Source: Massalongia carnosa
Taxonomy: Eukaryota
DNA: 64,000 bases
Direction of reading: 5' to 3'
NCBI GenBank assembly: GCA_965645245.1
Contig: OZ287085.1
Location: 248,001 to 312,000, forward strand
Below, in pieces: positions 25,723-39,023 of this stretch. The notes under the pieces are model-generated. The model did no database searches, was not told where the DNA came from, and saw only the letters and a list, made by a program, of their open reading frames with translations. Position 1 is the first letter of the stretch. Each line of letters opens with the position of its first letter. The position numbers and the translations under genes were made by a program.

Positions 25723-26104
25723 TTGATTGATTGATTGATTGATTGCTCGATTGATTAATTCATACCCTAACAGGCCCGAAGGCCCAGCGGGAGAGTCTAT
25801 AAAACGATGCCCACTCCTAATGTGGATTAAAGCCAAATTACGCCTAACGCCATTCATATCTCCTGCCCTAGTGACTGCTATCATTCCCTCAGTTTCATTC
25901 TCCCTCAGCATCATATGCCTAGGCGTGAGCCTAGGTGTATCAAGCTTCTCGAAAGAGAAGTTGTTCATGAGCCCTCTGAATCAATTTGTTGAGCCCTCGA
26001 GAGGTCAACCTATGCCCTCTAAATCAATTTGTTGGGCCCTCGGGGTCAACCCCTGCCCTCTGTCACTGAGGTCTTTACGCTTACCACTGGGGGAATCGCG
26101 TTCG
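25723..26104 (-). mobile_element. Short non-LTR retroposon (candidate SINE, or 5'-truncated LINE 3' end)
   Basis: 15-bp TSD TTGAAACGAAGGAGG (25708-25722 and 26105-26119), (ATCA)n tail, and a GGCCCGAAGGCCC motif like the LINE 3' end at 51209-51270. Confidence 0.75.
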
Positions 26105-26140
26105 TTGAAACGAAGGAGGATTCTAAACACTCCTGTAATA

Positions 26141-26607
26141 CCGTATAATCTGGCAGACAAGACCCCCCTGCCTTCTACTTAAGACCCCCTTGCCCATAAG
26201 ACCCCGTTCTGATTGGCTTATTTCAGACGAAGGGGGGGTTGGTTCATAAGACCATGTCCTTTCGAACAATAAGAAAAGATACTTATATTTGTATATAAAC
26301 TTCACCGAAAGTAATGTATCTTTTCTTGAAAGTCACTTAGTCAGGAAACTAATCCTCTTCAACTGTCAAACAGCTGATGAATTGAGTAAGAAACGTTGAC
26401 TTATGAGATAAAATTTCAGAGTGTGCACAAATTCAGGAGATGCGCGATGAAAATTTTGTACGGGATTTTTGCATTTGACGAAGGCTATTCCACCCATAAG
26501 ACCCCCCCTATCCATAAGACCTGATAGCCCATAAGACCCGGTTCCAAATGACCTCCGGGCGACCAATTGACCCATAAGACCAGGGTCTTGTCTGCCAGAT
26601 TATACGG
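26141..26607. mobile_element. MITE (pogo/Tc1-type)
   Basis: 25-bp TIRs CCGTATAATCTGGCAGACAAGACCC, TA TSD, and multiple subterminal CATAAGACC motifs. Confidence 0.9.
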
Positions 26608-27152
26608 TATCATCAAAAATCGGGCTAGCAAGAGTGGAAGTGCATCCAAAACAGAAGCTTGAGGCGCTTATGTTGACCGATTGAACAAATTTCTAGGCCA
26701 CGATGACTTGCTCTGTCTCAAATTGAGCCCGGCGCGCGGCTGTGGTAACATGAGAGACGTACGACGCAGCAAGTGCAACCATCAGTTCGGTCACCATTGC
26801 CGCCGCGACTTCCCTTGTAGCAAGCTCGAGTCTTTCATCATATGAGAGCCGCGTCTTATACTGATAGTCATCTTTGAAATCAGCATACCGAAATGCACGA
26901 GTGCTTCGGGACAGCTGTCAGATCGTCTCTTCATGTGGAAGGAGTGCGATCATTCTCATGTAAGGCGCGGGGCTTTCTGTCGACATGATTTGTATTACCC
27001 CACTGAAAGCAACGAGAGAAGCCGCCGCCGTTTGTAGGAAGAGTTCATGATACTTATGAGCAACAATCGATGATTCACCCTGAAAACCTTTGACCGCGCG
27101 AGAGCTGCGGGTGTTAGTAAAGAATCTGCAAATGTTGTTGAACCATAGTTAG

Positions 27153-28748
<1,596 letters not shown>

Positions 28749-30307
28749 CACAACCTAAGGCTCCTGAAGGAAAGGTACCTATACGGAGACTGTAAGTCGT
28801 CTTCGACATGTACTATGATCGAAGGAACATCATACAGCGCGAGCTCTGCTTTCACAACGCAAGAGTGTGTCAGCTCATCATTCATCACCGTCGTCCGACT
28901 AATTCTATGCAGCATCTTTTCAGAAAGACTGGAATTACAAGCGATGACGAAGACCTCGATTGGGCATGACTCGAGTCCAGCGGCTTGAAGGTCGCTCGAA
29001 TCTATCTGCTGAGCTGCCTCGTCGTCGGGGCCGAAAGGCATGCGAAGACTATAATTTAACGTCGGCGGATTCAGATCCGAAGAGTAGAAGTTCCTCGAGA
29101 CTCATGAGATGAATGACGCCAATTGTATCTCTATGAAAACTCTAAGCCCGGGTTGAATCGCAATGAGTCGTTGGAGTCATACGGCGCAGGTTTTGAGACG
29201 AATCAGTCATTGGGTTTCCGCAGTGACCACCCTCTTCATCTCTTAAGCGATTCTCTCTATTCTACGTCCTCAACGAAATCATTCCAGGGAAAACATGTCC
29301 GCCGGCAAACAGAAGAGGAATGACAACAACATTGATTAAATAGAAAACATTGTTAATATTGCAACGAATCTTTCGGATCTGCAAGAATGTTCCATGCATC
29401 AAGTTCTTTGTTCTTGTGACCTTGCAACAGCACCTTCCCACCTGAGGCGCTTCTTCTCGTTGATTATACGTGCCTCCTTCTGTCGGCGCGATCAACAAAC
29501 CGTGAGGCCGGCTCTCCCTCGCTACCGCGACTCCCCCTCGGTCAACGGTCCATTCCTTTCTGTGTCCCAATTCCCGCTTTTCTTCGAACTATCCTGCCTA
29601 TGGTTTCTGTGGGGATGATCCTGAATGAGATCAAGGACTGAATTTGGGCTTAAGAGCTTGATGATAATAGAAGAGTGAAGCTGGAAGTATGATGTCAATA
29701 GGCATACAAGATTGTGAGCCGGGCTGGGATGAGTGATGATAGGAAAGTTCAGAAAATTCAAGCATTCTCATGTGCGCGCATGCATGCGCGGTAATGAGAA
29801 TTGCAAACATCGACATCAGGACCGGCGCAAACGACGAATGATGCAGTCGAGTCAACAAATTGACTTGCCATCAATTCTATGCGCCCGGTGCGGTTAAAAA
29901 ATCTGCAGGCGTCAAACCTCCTCTCTCCGCAGCACTTCATACAAAAGGGTTCGTGTGAACGAAGCGAAGAACGATAGAAAAGATCATACGCTCATTTTCA
30001 TGACGAGCGCAGCACAGGATTTGCTCGAAACTGCTGTGAAGGCAGTCATCATCTCAAGGCTTGTCGACTTCGAGAGACGACTAATGATGGCTCAAAGAAG
30101 AATATCGAGAGTCGCTTGAAGCGGCCGAGAGAGAAAACGAGATGAGAACGCAAGGTAGGAGTCAAAAGGTTTCGGCATGCTTTTTTCAATCATTGCGCCA
30201 GCTTTCACCCCTTTTCATTAATTAATCCCGATTTCTATTTGAACAATCTAGTGACATCATGAAGTTCGTAATCTCATTTCCCAAAAGAGCACTCAAAGGT
30301 TCCCCCA

Positions 30308-31396
30308 TCATCGATGATCATCCTCGCTCTCTTCTCTTTCCCCTTGGCAGCTGCCTTTGCCATTTTTTCTATAGCCTTTACCCTTCACCTTGGGGACTTT
30401 GGCGACGGTTGCGACATCCTCAATGATAGTCTCAAGAGCGCCAGCGGTAGTTTCGGCACTGGCCTTGTCAGCCACTTCTTGACTAGTCTGGCCGTAGGTG
30501 AATGGAAACAGCCCGCCCCAACTCTGTATCTCTTGAACATATCGGACTTTGTCCTCCACCAGCATGAGGGCAAATGCAACATGAGTGTCGTGCGCTTGAT
30601 CATTTCGATGATTGTTAAGCTGTGGTCAAGCCCAGTCAGGTTCAAGCACGTATCAGTCACATAAAGAACGAAAGTAGTAACGCTTACGACGGAGAATTTT
30701 TTAAGCATAGCCATGTGTTTGAACGCTTTCGCGACCTGTTCCTCCTCGAGGTTCTGCTTCTTGTAGGCTTCTTTCACTTGCTCGTGGGTTATTCTGGCGG
30801 CCAAATCCTCCTAGCGCTTGGTCGAGTGATGTGGGTCGTTTTTCTTGTCGGTGTCGTGCTTATCCTTGACCTTGCCTTTGCCCTCGTCTTTGTTAATGCC
30901 TATCACCTTGTCGATCTTCTTGACAAAGTCGAGCAAGATTTTGAAACGAAACAGCGGCAGTTGAGCCTCGTCGCGCTTCACAACCTTGGCATTCAGTTTG
31001 GCTACTTCGGTCTGTAAAGTCCGAATCTCATCGCCGTGCTTCTGTTCCAGATTCTTCAGGCTCTCCAGCAACATATTCATCTTCTCGTTCATGGACTAAA
31101 CAGTGATTAGCTCATACGAACACAAACTTGCGCCCTCAGAAGCATACCTTGGCATTGCTGACGAACTCAGTGAACTTGGCCGTTATAGGCACGCTAACTA
31201 GGATGTCTTTCTTTTGAGTCGCAGATTCGATTCGCGTTTGATACGTAGTGATTGACTTATCGGATATCCGTGGCTCAGGATCCAAAATAGCGCGGCCCGT
31301 ACATCTCGGAGCCCATGTTGGTGAATAAAGGATTTTCCATGGACTCTGCGACGGCGGAACCTCGGAGGTAGTCTTCTGGAGACGAGACAGTGCCAT
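30308..31396 (-). pseudogene. Hypothetical coiled-coil protein gene with an in-frame stop
   Basis: ORFs 31136-31396, 30811-31092, 30385-30804 and 30308-30565 can be joined through apparent introns; TAG at 30811-30813 interrupts the frame. Confidence 0.45.
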
Positions 31397-31593
31397 CTCA
31401 GACCTGAGATGTTTCGAATGAAAAAATCTAATTTGCTACTACCTTTTTTTTGCTTACTATCAGGCTTGCTATTTTTTCATGCGAATCTCAAAATGTCTCG
31501 GATTTCTGCTCCGGACATGCTCCGCTTCGCTCCGCAACGGCCCTGCGCCATCTCCTCCTTGCCAGCCGCCAAAGCATCTCTCAAAGCATCTTC

Positions 31594-32212
31594 CAAATAG
31601 TCTCCCAGATAGCCTCCGCTGATTTTTATAACCTAAATAGCCTTTCAAATAGTCTCCGCTGCTTTTCAAATAGTCTCCCAGATAGCCTCCCAAAAAGCCT
31701 CCCAAAAAGCCTCTCAAATAGCCTCCCATAAAGCCTCACAAATAGTCTCCTAGATAGTCTCCGCTGCTCTTCAAACAGTCTCCCAGATAGCCTCCCAAAA
31801 GCCTCCCAAAAAGCCTTGCAAATAGCCTCCCAAAAAGCCTTTCAAATAGCCTCCCATAAAGCCTCCCAAATAGTCTCCCAGATAGTCTCCCCTGCTTTCA
31901 AAATAGTCTCCCAGATAGCCTCCTAAAAGCCTCCCAAAAAGCCTTTCAAATAGCCTCCCAAATAGCCTTTCAATTATCTCCCAAGTATCTCTCAAATAGT
32001 CTTTCAAATAGCCTCGCATAAAGCCTCCCAAATAGTCTTCACCGCTTTTCAAATAGCCTCCCAAATAGCCTCCCAAATAACTTTCCAATGAGCCTCCTAA
32101 ATAGTCTCCCAGATAATCTCCGCTGCTTTTCAAATAGCCTTCCAAATAGCCTTCCAAATAGTCTTCCAAATAGTTTCCCAAATAGCTATCAGATAGCCTC
32201 TTGAATAGCCTC
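31594..32212. repeat. 12-bp minisatellite (AAATAGCCTCCC consensus), ~50 degenerate copies
   Basis: Directly visible periodicity; the minus strand translates to LGGY/LGDY repeats. Confidence 0.9.
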
Positions 32213-32448
32213 AATATCTATCTCCCCCGTTATCACTTTTCTTTTTCCGCCGCTTTTCGCATAGCTTCTTTAGCTTTTTGGTCTCGTGCATCTTGAATTC
32301 GTCTATTTTCTCGAAGCTGTCGATAATGAGGCACTCTAGAAGCGTAAAAATAATCGACTCCATTTTCTCCCTTCCAACCCGATTTTTCTATTATATGTCG
32401 TTTGACGTGATTATAAGCTCGTCCGTCTCGAGTCTTATCTATATCATC

Positions 32449-34592
32449 AGTTAAATGGTATATCAGGTAGGGAGGAGAGAAGACTGCATGAAGGTGTGTT
32501 CTATTGAGATCTGTCTACATGGCTATTATATACTGCCTAGCGCACCAAGGCTCGCAGGGCTGCGCTACACCTATAAAGGGGGTTGGAGGATAATTTAACA
32601 CTCCCCTTTCCGATCAATTCCCTTATCGGTGTAGCCGTGGTGAAGGCAGTATGAAAATACAGCAACAGATCGAAGACAATATCACTCTCTCATGTGAAAG
32701 AAAGATAAAAATGAAAAAACCCCTCGTGCCAACAGAACAGGTGCTAACGAAGTTGGTTGTTCTTCCTGCACTTCCCTCCATGATGGCAATCGCAAGCGAT
32801 GTGCTCCCTCATGCGAGCTGTCCTCTCTTTGCATCTTCCATCCCATCCCTTATAGTGACAGCACAGCTGCTCCCCCATTTGGGTTATACTTCCTTCATGG
32901 TGGCAGGATATCTGCTCCCCCATTCGAGTTGTATTCCACTCATGATGGCAGGGCATCTGCTTCCCCATTCGGGTTATACTCCCTTCATGGTGGCAGGACA
33001 TTTGCTCCCCCATTCGGGTTGTACTCCCTTCATGGTAGCAGGGCATCTGCTCCCCCATTCGGGTTATACTCCCTTATCCCCTCCATGATAGCAGCTGTCT
33101 GCTTCTCATGTCGGTCTCTTCCTACACCCGATGGGTGTTTCCTATTCCTTGTACGGAGTCCTCCCGCTATGATGGCAGCCTATCTGCTCTCTCATATCGG
33201 TAGCCCCGGGCACCCTGCGGTACCCCCTTCATATATCCCCTATCTCCCCCACGGCATTCGATGAAACGATATCCGAAAGATAGAATGTCAAACCTGAATG
33301 AGGTCTATTCTCATCGCCGATCCTCGACCCCCGGTCGCGGCAGATGCCGCTATGAGTACGCCATTTCTTTCCCACCTTTACCCCTCAATTTTCCGGGGTT
33401 GATATCGTTGCCGCCATGACCCCTTTTCCCTTCTATATAGGTAGCTAGATGTGGGCATTTCCCACATACAGAATGCAGTCTTTTCATCCTTCCTGAATCC
33501 ATGTGATTGGTCAGAAAGGCTGACATAGAATGATGATAGTTAGGGATTTTGCCTGAGGATGTCGTGTAGGCGGAGGTCTAATCTCTAAAAAAGGAATAAA
33601 GGTCTGAAATTAATAAGACCGAAGGTCGAGATAAAGTTCGAAAAAATTGGGTGGTAGGTGGGTTTTTGTGCGAATGGATCACTGAGGTTGAGACTGTTTT
33701 GGACGAAGGACATCGATAGTAGTAGCTAAATAACTATTAGTCGATGTGTTAGAAAAAAAATCGATCTGGAGGCCTTCATAAAAACCGATCGATAATTGAA
33801 GTCGAAAAGACAGTCTTTTGGGAACTGTATCTAGTTTGAATAGTGTTGAATATCCAATTCCTACCAGCACAATGAACACCTATCAGTTCAATGAACATAG
33901 CACCTACGGCTGCCCTAGATTGACAGATCATCTACGGAAACCGTAGATGCCGCATTAGGCTTAGTCCCAAGATAAGATAAGATCACCTCGCTTAGAAGGG
34001 TGACCAGTAATAGGAAAAGATTGCTGCATAGCAACTCTTCATCCTTAACATCACGGTCATACATACCTTTATTATTACATAGCCATATAGCCATAGTCGT
34101 ATACCTATTTCAACAAATAGCGACGAGGCGGTTGGTAGGTTCAACTGTGTCGCTGGATGGCCGAGTGAATATTTGATTTGGCGCCCTCTCATCGTCGCCG
34201 GTTTGGCTTGTTTGTCTTCCGCTAAAGACACGTATCGAGCTGCCGTTTTCACCTGATTTGTCTCTTGACCCTCAAGAGACTCGTAATCAGTTGCCGAAGT
34301 GCTAATTCTCTCTTACCAAAAGAGACCGTAAAAAGCTGCCGGAATTCAGAGTAATCACGCGCTCTGACCGCGGACACGCACACGTCTCCCTTTATCCATG
34401 CTTACAAGGGGAAGCTTCATGCTATCCCGGGCTCATAACCAGTTAAATGGTATATCAGGTAGGGAGGAGAGAAGACTGCATGAAGGTGTGTTCTATTGAG
34501 ATCTGTCTACATGGCTATTATATACTGCCTAGCGCGCCAAGGCTCGCAGGGCTGCGCTACACCTATAAAGGGGGTTGGAGGATAATTTAACA
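32449..34592 (-). mobile_element. Non-autonomous Copia-type LTR element (TRIM/LARD-like)
   Basis: 152-bp LTRs (32449-32600, 34441-34592; one mismatch seen), TSD TCATC, PBS GGTTATGAGCCC, PPT GGAAAGGGGAG. No gag/pol recognised. Confidence 0.88.
32830..33085. repeat. 45-bp tandem repeat (~5-6 copies) inside the non-autonomous LTR element
   Basis: Unit GGGCATCTGCTCCCCCATTCGGGTTATACTCCCTTCATGGTGGCA. Confidence 0.85.
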
Positions 34593-35042
34593 TCATCGTC
34601 AATTTTTTTTCGTCAAAATATCTTCCGTTAACATTCCTGTATCGAGTTCACGTTGATATTCAGCAAGCGTTTCCCGTGTCACGGTGCGAGGTCAGGTAGG
34701 AATTCAGGTGGTGCAAACGTGTTACTTGATTGTCTAGCTAGGTGGACAAGACGTTCGACAAGGAGAAAAGAATCAGAAAATCCAACGTGGGCGAGTATAA
34801 GACTCTGGCGAACGGAACTAGTCCCAACCCAGCCGTTGATCCAATTTCCCCAAGTCCCTAGCATGAAACTATCGCCATGACACTATTGATAGTCGGAACA
34901 CTTACCTTTGCCCTGACTGAACCGGATTAAGCTTAGTTCCTTTCGGATCGGCTAACCGGCTAGTTCTTCGTTCAAGCAGCTAAGGTTGATTCAATGAACT
35001 AACTGGCAGGTGCCCAGTCACTCCATGACACCAGCTCCCCTT

Positions 35043-38000
35043 TTAGGTCCGAGCTCCGCGAGGACCACCGGGCTTGGTAGGCCTCAGTCGATGAAAGTCT
35101 TCCAATAGGTCGGAGCAGTGGGTGACGTCCTTAGCTTCGGTCCAGTCGGGTGCGTCCCAACCAGTCCACTTGATTAGGTACTGTAAACGTCTTCGGAAGA
35201 AACGGGAGTCCAAAATTTCCTCGACCTCCCACTCCGTTTCACCTTCAACTTCGACAGGAGGGGAAGGAGCGGGTATGTGGCCGACGTGGGGTTGTTGAGA
35301 GACAGGTTCTAGGAGGGAGACATGGAACACAGGATGAACGTTCATGGAGGCGGGAAGGTCTAACTTGTATGCGTACTTGCTGACAACTTTCTTTATAGTG
35401 AACCTTCCAAGCTTTTTCCAGTCCAACTTTCGCGATGGCCGTTTGGTCTTTATATGTCGAGCGTCCAACCAGACCTCGTCACCGATCTGAAACATAGGAG
35501 CCGGGGTCCTACTTGCATTAGCAGATGCTTCGTAACGTGCTTGAGCTAGGCGCATTTCGTCGCCGAGGTGTTCACTGATACTTTGCATTTTGAAAGCAAA
35601 TTCGTCAGCGCTAATGACATGTGCATTGGGCGAGTCGCGATGAACAGGTTCAAAACCAAGACGGGGGTGGAAACCATAGTTGGCAAGGAATGGGCTGACG
35701 GACGTTGTCTCGGAGTCGGAGTTATTACTAGCGAACTCAGCCATGGGTAGCCAGTCGGTCCAATCATCTTGTTGATAAGACACATAGCTTCTGAGGTATT
35801 GTTCCATGACTGCATTATAACGTTCCGTTTGACCGTCAGTTTCCGGGTGAAACGACGTAGATAGCCGACTGTTGATCCTTAGTCGTTCACATAGTGCTTT
35901 CCAAAAGTCAGCTATGAACTGGCCTCCTCGATCCGACACAATGGAGTCGGGTAGGCCATGAAGTTTCCAGACATGTTTAACGTATAGTCTAGCCAAGGCC
36001 TTAGCGTTGGTGGTTTCTCTGCAGGGAATAAAGTGCTTCATCTTGGTTAGTCGACAAACAACGCTTAGCACGGCGTTTTTATCACTACTTTCGGGTAGGC
36101 CGGTAACGAAATCCATAGATATGTCCTTCCATCGTTGTTGGGGAACGGGCAAAGGTTTTAACACTCCGTACTTGGCATGATGGGAAGCTTTACTGCGAGA
36201 GCATGTATGACAGTGTTGAACATAGCGAGCAATGAATTGATGATATCGGGGCCAGTAGTAGTCTCGCGCCATCAGACTAAATGTTTTAGACCTGCCTGGA
36301 TGGCCGGCGACTGGGCTGTCGTGATATTCCTTGCATAGTCTCATTTTTAGTTCATGCCAATCAGGGACATAAAGCCTTTCCTTGTAGTATAGTCTTCCAT
36401 TCCTGTCTTCGCATTCGGCTAGGGTGATGTCCTTGCTGTGTCGAGCACCGTTTCGGAGAAGGGTCAGGATTTTGTTAGGCGTGGGGTCATGTTCATATCC
36501 TAGATCAATGAGTTCGTCTATAGATTTGTCATCCGAGTCGAGGGCAGGGGCGAGATTCGATGGTTCAATGGCGATGTCAGGTGCGATGTCAGGTTCAGAG
36601 TCGGACACGTCAGTCACACGAGGCACGTTGTTAGCATGAAGTTCAAAATTATGCGGTTTTAATACCACCTGATTCTGATGTTCTAGTCTCACGTCCCCTT
36701 CTTTAGGAAGATCTCCTGATCTTCTAGTCAAAGCGTCAGGTTTTCCGCCTAATTTGCCGGGTCGATACGTGATTTTGAAGTCGAAACGTGAGAGATATTC
36801 TGCCCAGCGGGCCTGTCGCCTGCTTAGCTGCTTGGTGGTGGTGAAATACTCCAGGTTTTTATGATCAGTGATTACCTTGACCGGGTAGGCGGCTCCCTGA
36901 AGTTCTGGTCTCCATTCCTCGAAGGCACGTATTATGGCTAATAGTTCTTTATCATAAATCTCGTAATTGCACTCCGCGGGTGACAAACGTCGCGAGAAAA
37001 AGGCTACGGGGCGAAGGACTCCATCGTCATCATACTGTGAGAGGACTCCGGCATTGACATAATCGGAAGAGTCAGTTTCAACCACGCTTTCCTTATCGGG
37101 GTCAAAATGCAGCAGAACAAGGTCACTAGTGAACATAGCCTTCAGATCTTCGAAGGCCTTTGCGCAGTCATCGGTCCATACGAATGGTATCTTCTTTTTT
37201 GACATAGCAGTCAATGGTCCGGCTATACGAGAGAAACCCTTGACAAATCGACGATAGAAATTCGCGAATCCTATGAAGGCCTGCACGTCCTTGAGGTTCT
37301 CGGGGGTGTTCCAATTCTGAATAGTTTCAATTTTCTTAGGGTCCATTCTTATACCATCTTTGGATATTATTAACCCTAAGTAAATGGTCTCCGTGACATG
37401 GAATTCACACTTTGAGATGTCGAGTTGTAATCCGGCCTTTTGTAAGGCCATCAGCACTTTTCTCACATGATCCTTGTGTTCTTTCAGGGAATTGCTGTAA
37501 ATCAATATGTCATCGATGTACGCGGTGCAGAAGATGTCTAGATATTCACGAAGCACATCATTAATGTACTCCTGAAACGAAGATGGGGCTCCACAGAGTC
37601 CAAACGGCATGACGAGATATTCATATAATCCATAGCGTGTTCGAAAGGCAGTCTTCCATTCCTCTCCATGAGCTACACGGAGACGGTTGAAGGCCGCGAC
37701 AATATCCAACTTAGTAAAGATAACTGCTTTACTCAAGCGGTCCAAGGTTTCTCTGATCAAAGGTAGGGGGTATCTGTTCTTGATCGTTATCGCATTTAAT
37801 GCTCTGTAATCAACACAAAAACGCAGGCCTCCGCCTGGTTTCCTAACGAACAACACCGGGGACGCAGCAGGGGAAGAACTGGACCGAATAAAACCCTTCT
37901 TCAGGTTTTCCGTCAGATACTTCTGTAGAACTAACAGTTCATCTCGACTCATGCCATATAACGGGCCATATGTGGGTTCCTTTCCATTCATCAACGGAAT

Positions 38001-39023
38001 TTTATGATCATGGCTACGTCGCCCCGGAAGTTTATCAGCTTCTTTCTTGGAAAATACATCAAGAAATTCATGATATTCCGATGGCAACACTGTAGCGGGA
38101 TCAACTTCCGGCTTAGGGTTCAAGGAATGTTCAATGTCTCTCATGTTCACGGTAAAGAGTTCACACTCCTTCTTCTTCGCTAGACGGGTAAAGGGGGCTG
38201 CCCCTATCATACATATGCTCAATGGTGGATTCTTATGGGTCGGCGGCGGAACGAGCAGGGACGGGACGGGTGAAGTCCAAGGCAAGATAGGCGAAACGGG
38301 CAAGGTCGGAGGCAAGATGGGCGAGGGGGCGGCGATCGCGATCGATTTTGAATTAACGCGCCGATTTAACCGGCCGGGCCTGTTAAATCTAACCGCTTCG
38401 GGGCTAGGGTCTTCGGTGATTGCAGCAGTCAAGTCGGGACTAGCGCTGCTTTCAACGACGAGGGGTTTTTCAGCGCGGAGTTCTGGAACGTTGGTTATGC
38501 CGATGACCGTGTTTGACTCGGGGTTGTCAAGACAGTGCTGACGGCAGTAAGGTGAGTTGAAAGTGAGAGAGTTCATGGCCCATCGTATGCTGACGTCGTG
38601 AATTTGCAGCCATTTAATGCCGAGAACGATGGGATAGTGACCGAGGCTGGTGACGAGAAGGTTAGCGGGTTCGGAATGCGAGGCGATGTCAAGGTTCAGA
38701 CGGGCGAGGTGAGTAAGCTTCCCAGACGACACGGGACGGCCGTCTGCGAGTTCAAGAATACGAGGGTTCTTCATGAGGGCGAGGGGTATGCGATGATGGT
38801 GCGCGAACGAGGAATCAACAAAGGCAAATCCAGATGCTCCACAATCAATCAATGCATAAGTCTTGATTCTGATTGTTCCTATGGAAACAACAAGAGACAC
38901 AACCAAATGCCTTCCATCCAAATGTTCTTCGGATAGAGGTTCTTTGGACAAGGAAAATGCCGAAATCGAAATAGTTTCTTTTTGTCTTCGGCCGCGACTT
39001 AGGCCGAAGACTGAACTTTTCCC
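35043..39023 (-). CDS. pol: Pol polyprotein (protease, RT, RNase H, integrase, chromodomain), entered by -1 frameshift
   Basis: ALIDCGA, YIDDILI, TDSSD...NYEIYDKELLAI, HHCC, SDRG...TDGQTER, EWEVEEILD...YLIKWTGW. Confidence 0.95.
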   Translation of the reverse strand, partial: GKSSVFGLSRGRRQKETISISAFSLSKEPLSEEHLDGRHLVVSLVVSIGTIRIKTYALIDCGASGFAFVDSSFAHHHRIPLALMKNPRILELADGRPVSSGKLTHLARLNLDIASHSEPANLLVTSLGHYPIVLGIKWLQIHDVSIRWAMNSLTFNSPYCRQHCLDNPESNTVIGITNVPELRAEKPLVVESSASPDLTAAITEDPSPEAVRFNRPGRLNRRVNSKSIAIAAPSPILPPTLPVSPILPWTSPVPSLLVPPPTHKNPPLSICMIGAAPFTRLAKKKECELFTVNMRDIEHSLNPKPEVDPATVLPSEYHEFLDVFSKKEADKLPGRRSHDHKIPLMNGKEPTYGPLYGMSRDELLVLQKYLTENLKKGFIRSSSSPAASPVLFVRKPGGGLRFCVDYRALNAITIKNRYPLPLIRETLDRLSKAVIFTKLDIVAAFNRLRVAHGEEWKTAFRTRYGLYEYLVMPFGLCGAPSSFQEYINDVLREYLDIFCTAYIDDILIYSNSLKEHKDHVRKVLMALQKAGLQLDISKCEFHVTETIYLGLIISKDGIRMDPKKIETIQNWNTPENLKDVQAFIGFANFYRRFVKGFSRIAGPLTAMSKKKIPFVWTDDCAKAFEDLKAMFTSDLVLLHFDPDKESVVETDSSDYVNAGVLSQYDDDGVLRPVAFFSRRLSPAECNYEIYDKELLAIIRAFEEWRPELQGAAYPVKVITDHKNLEYFTTTKQLSRRQARWAEYLSRFDFKITYRPGKLGGKPDALTRRSGDLPKEGDVRLEHQNQVVLKPHNFELHANNVPRVTDVSDSEPDIAPDIAIEPSNLAPALDSDDKSIDELIDLGYEHDPTPNKILTLLRNGARHSKDITLAECEDRNGRLYYKERLYVPDWHELKMRLCKEYHDSPVAGHPGRSKTFSLMARDYYWPRYHQFIARYVQHCHTCSRSKASHHAKYGVLKPLPVPQQRWKDISMDFVTGLPESSDKNAVLSVVCRLTKMKHFIPCRETTNAKALARLYVKHVWKLHGLPDSIVSDRGGQFIADFWKALCERLRINSRLSTSFHPETDGQTERYNAVMEQYLRSYVSYQQDDWTDWLPMAEFASNNSDSETTSVSPFLANYGFHPRLGFEPVHRDSPNAHVISADEFAFKMQSISEHLGDEMRLAQARYEASANASRTPAPMFQIGDEVWLDARHIKTKRPSRKLDWKKLGRFTIKKVVSKYAYKLDLPASMNVHPVFHVSLLEPVSQQPHVGHIPAPSPPVEVEGETEWEVEEILDSRFFRRRLQYLIKWTGWDAPDWTEAKDVTHCSDLLEDFHRLRPTKPGGPRGART

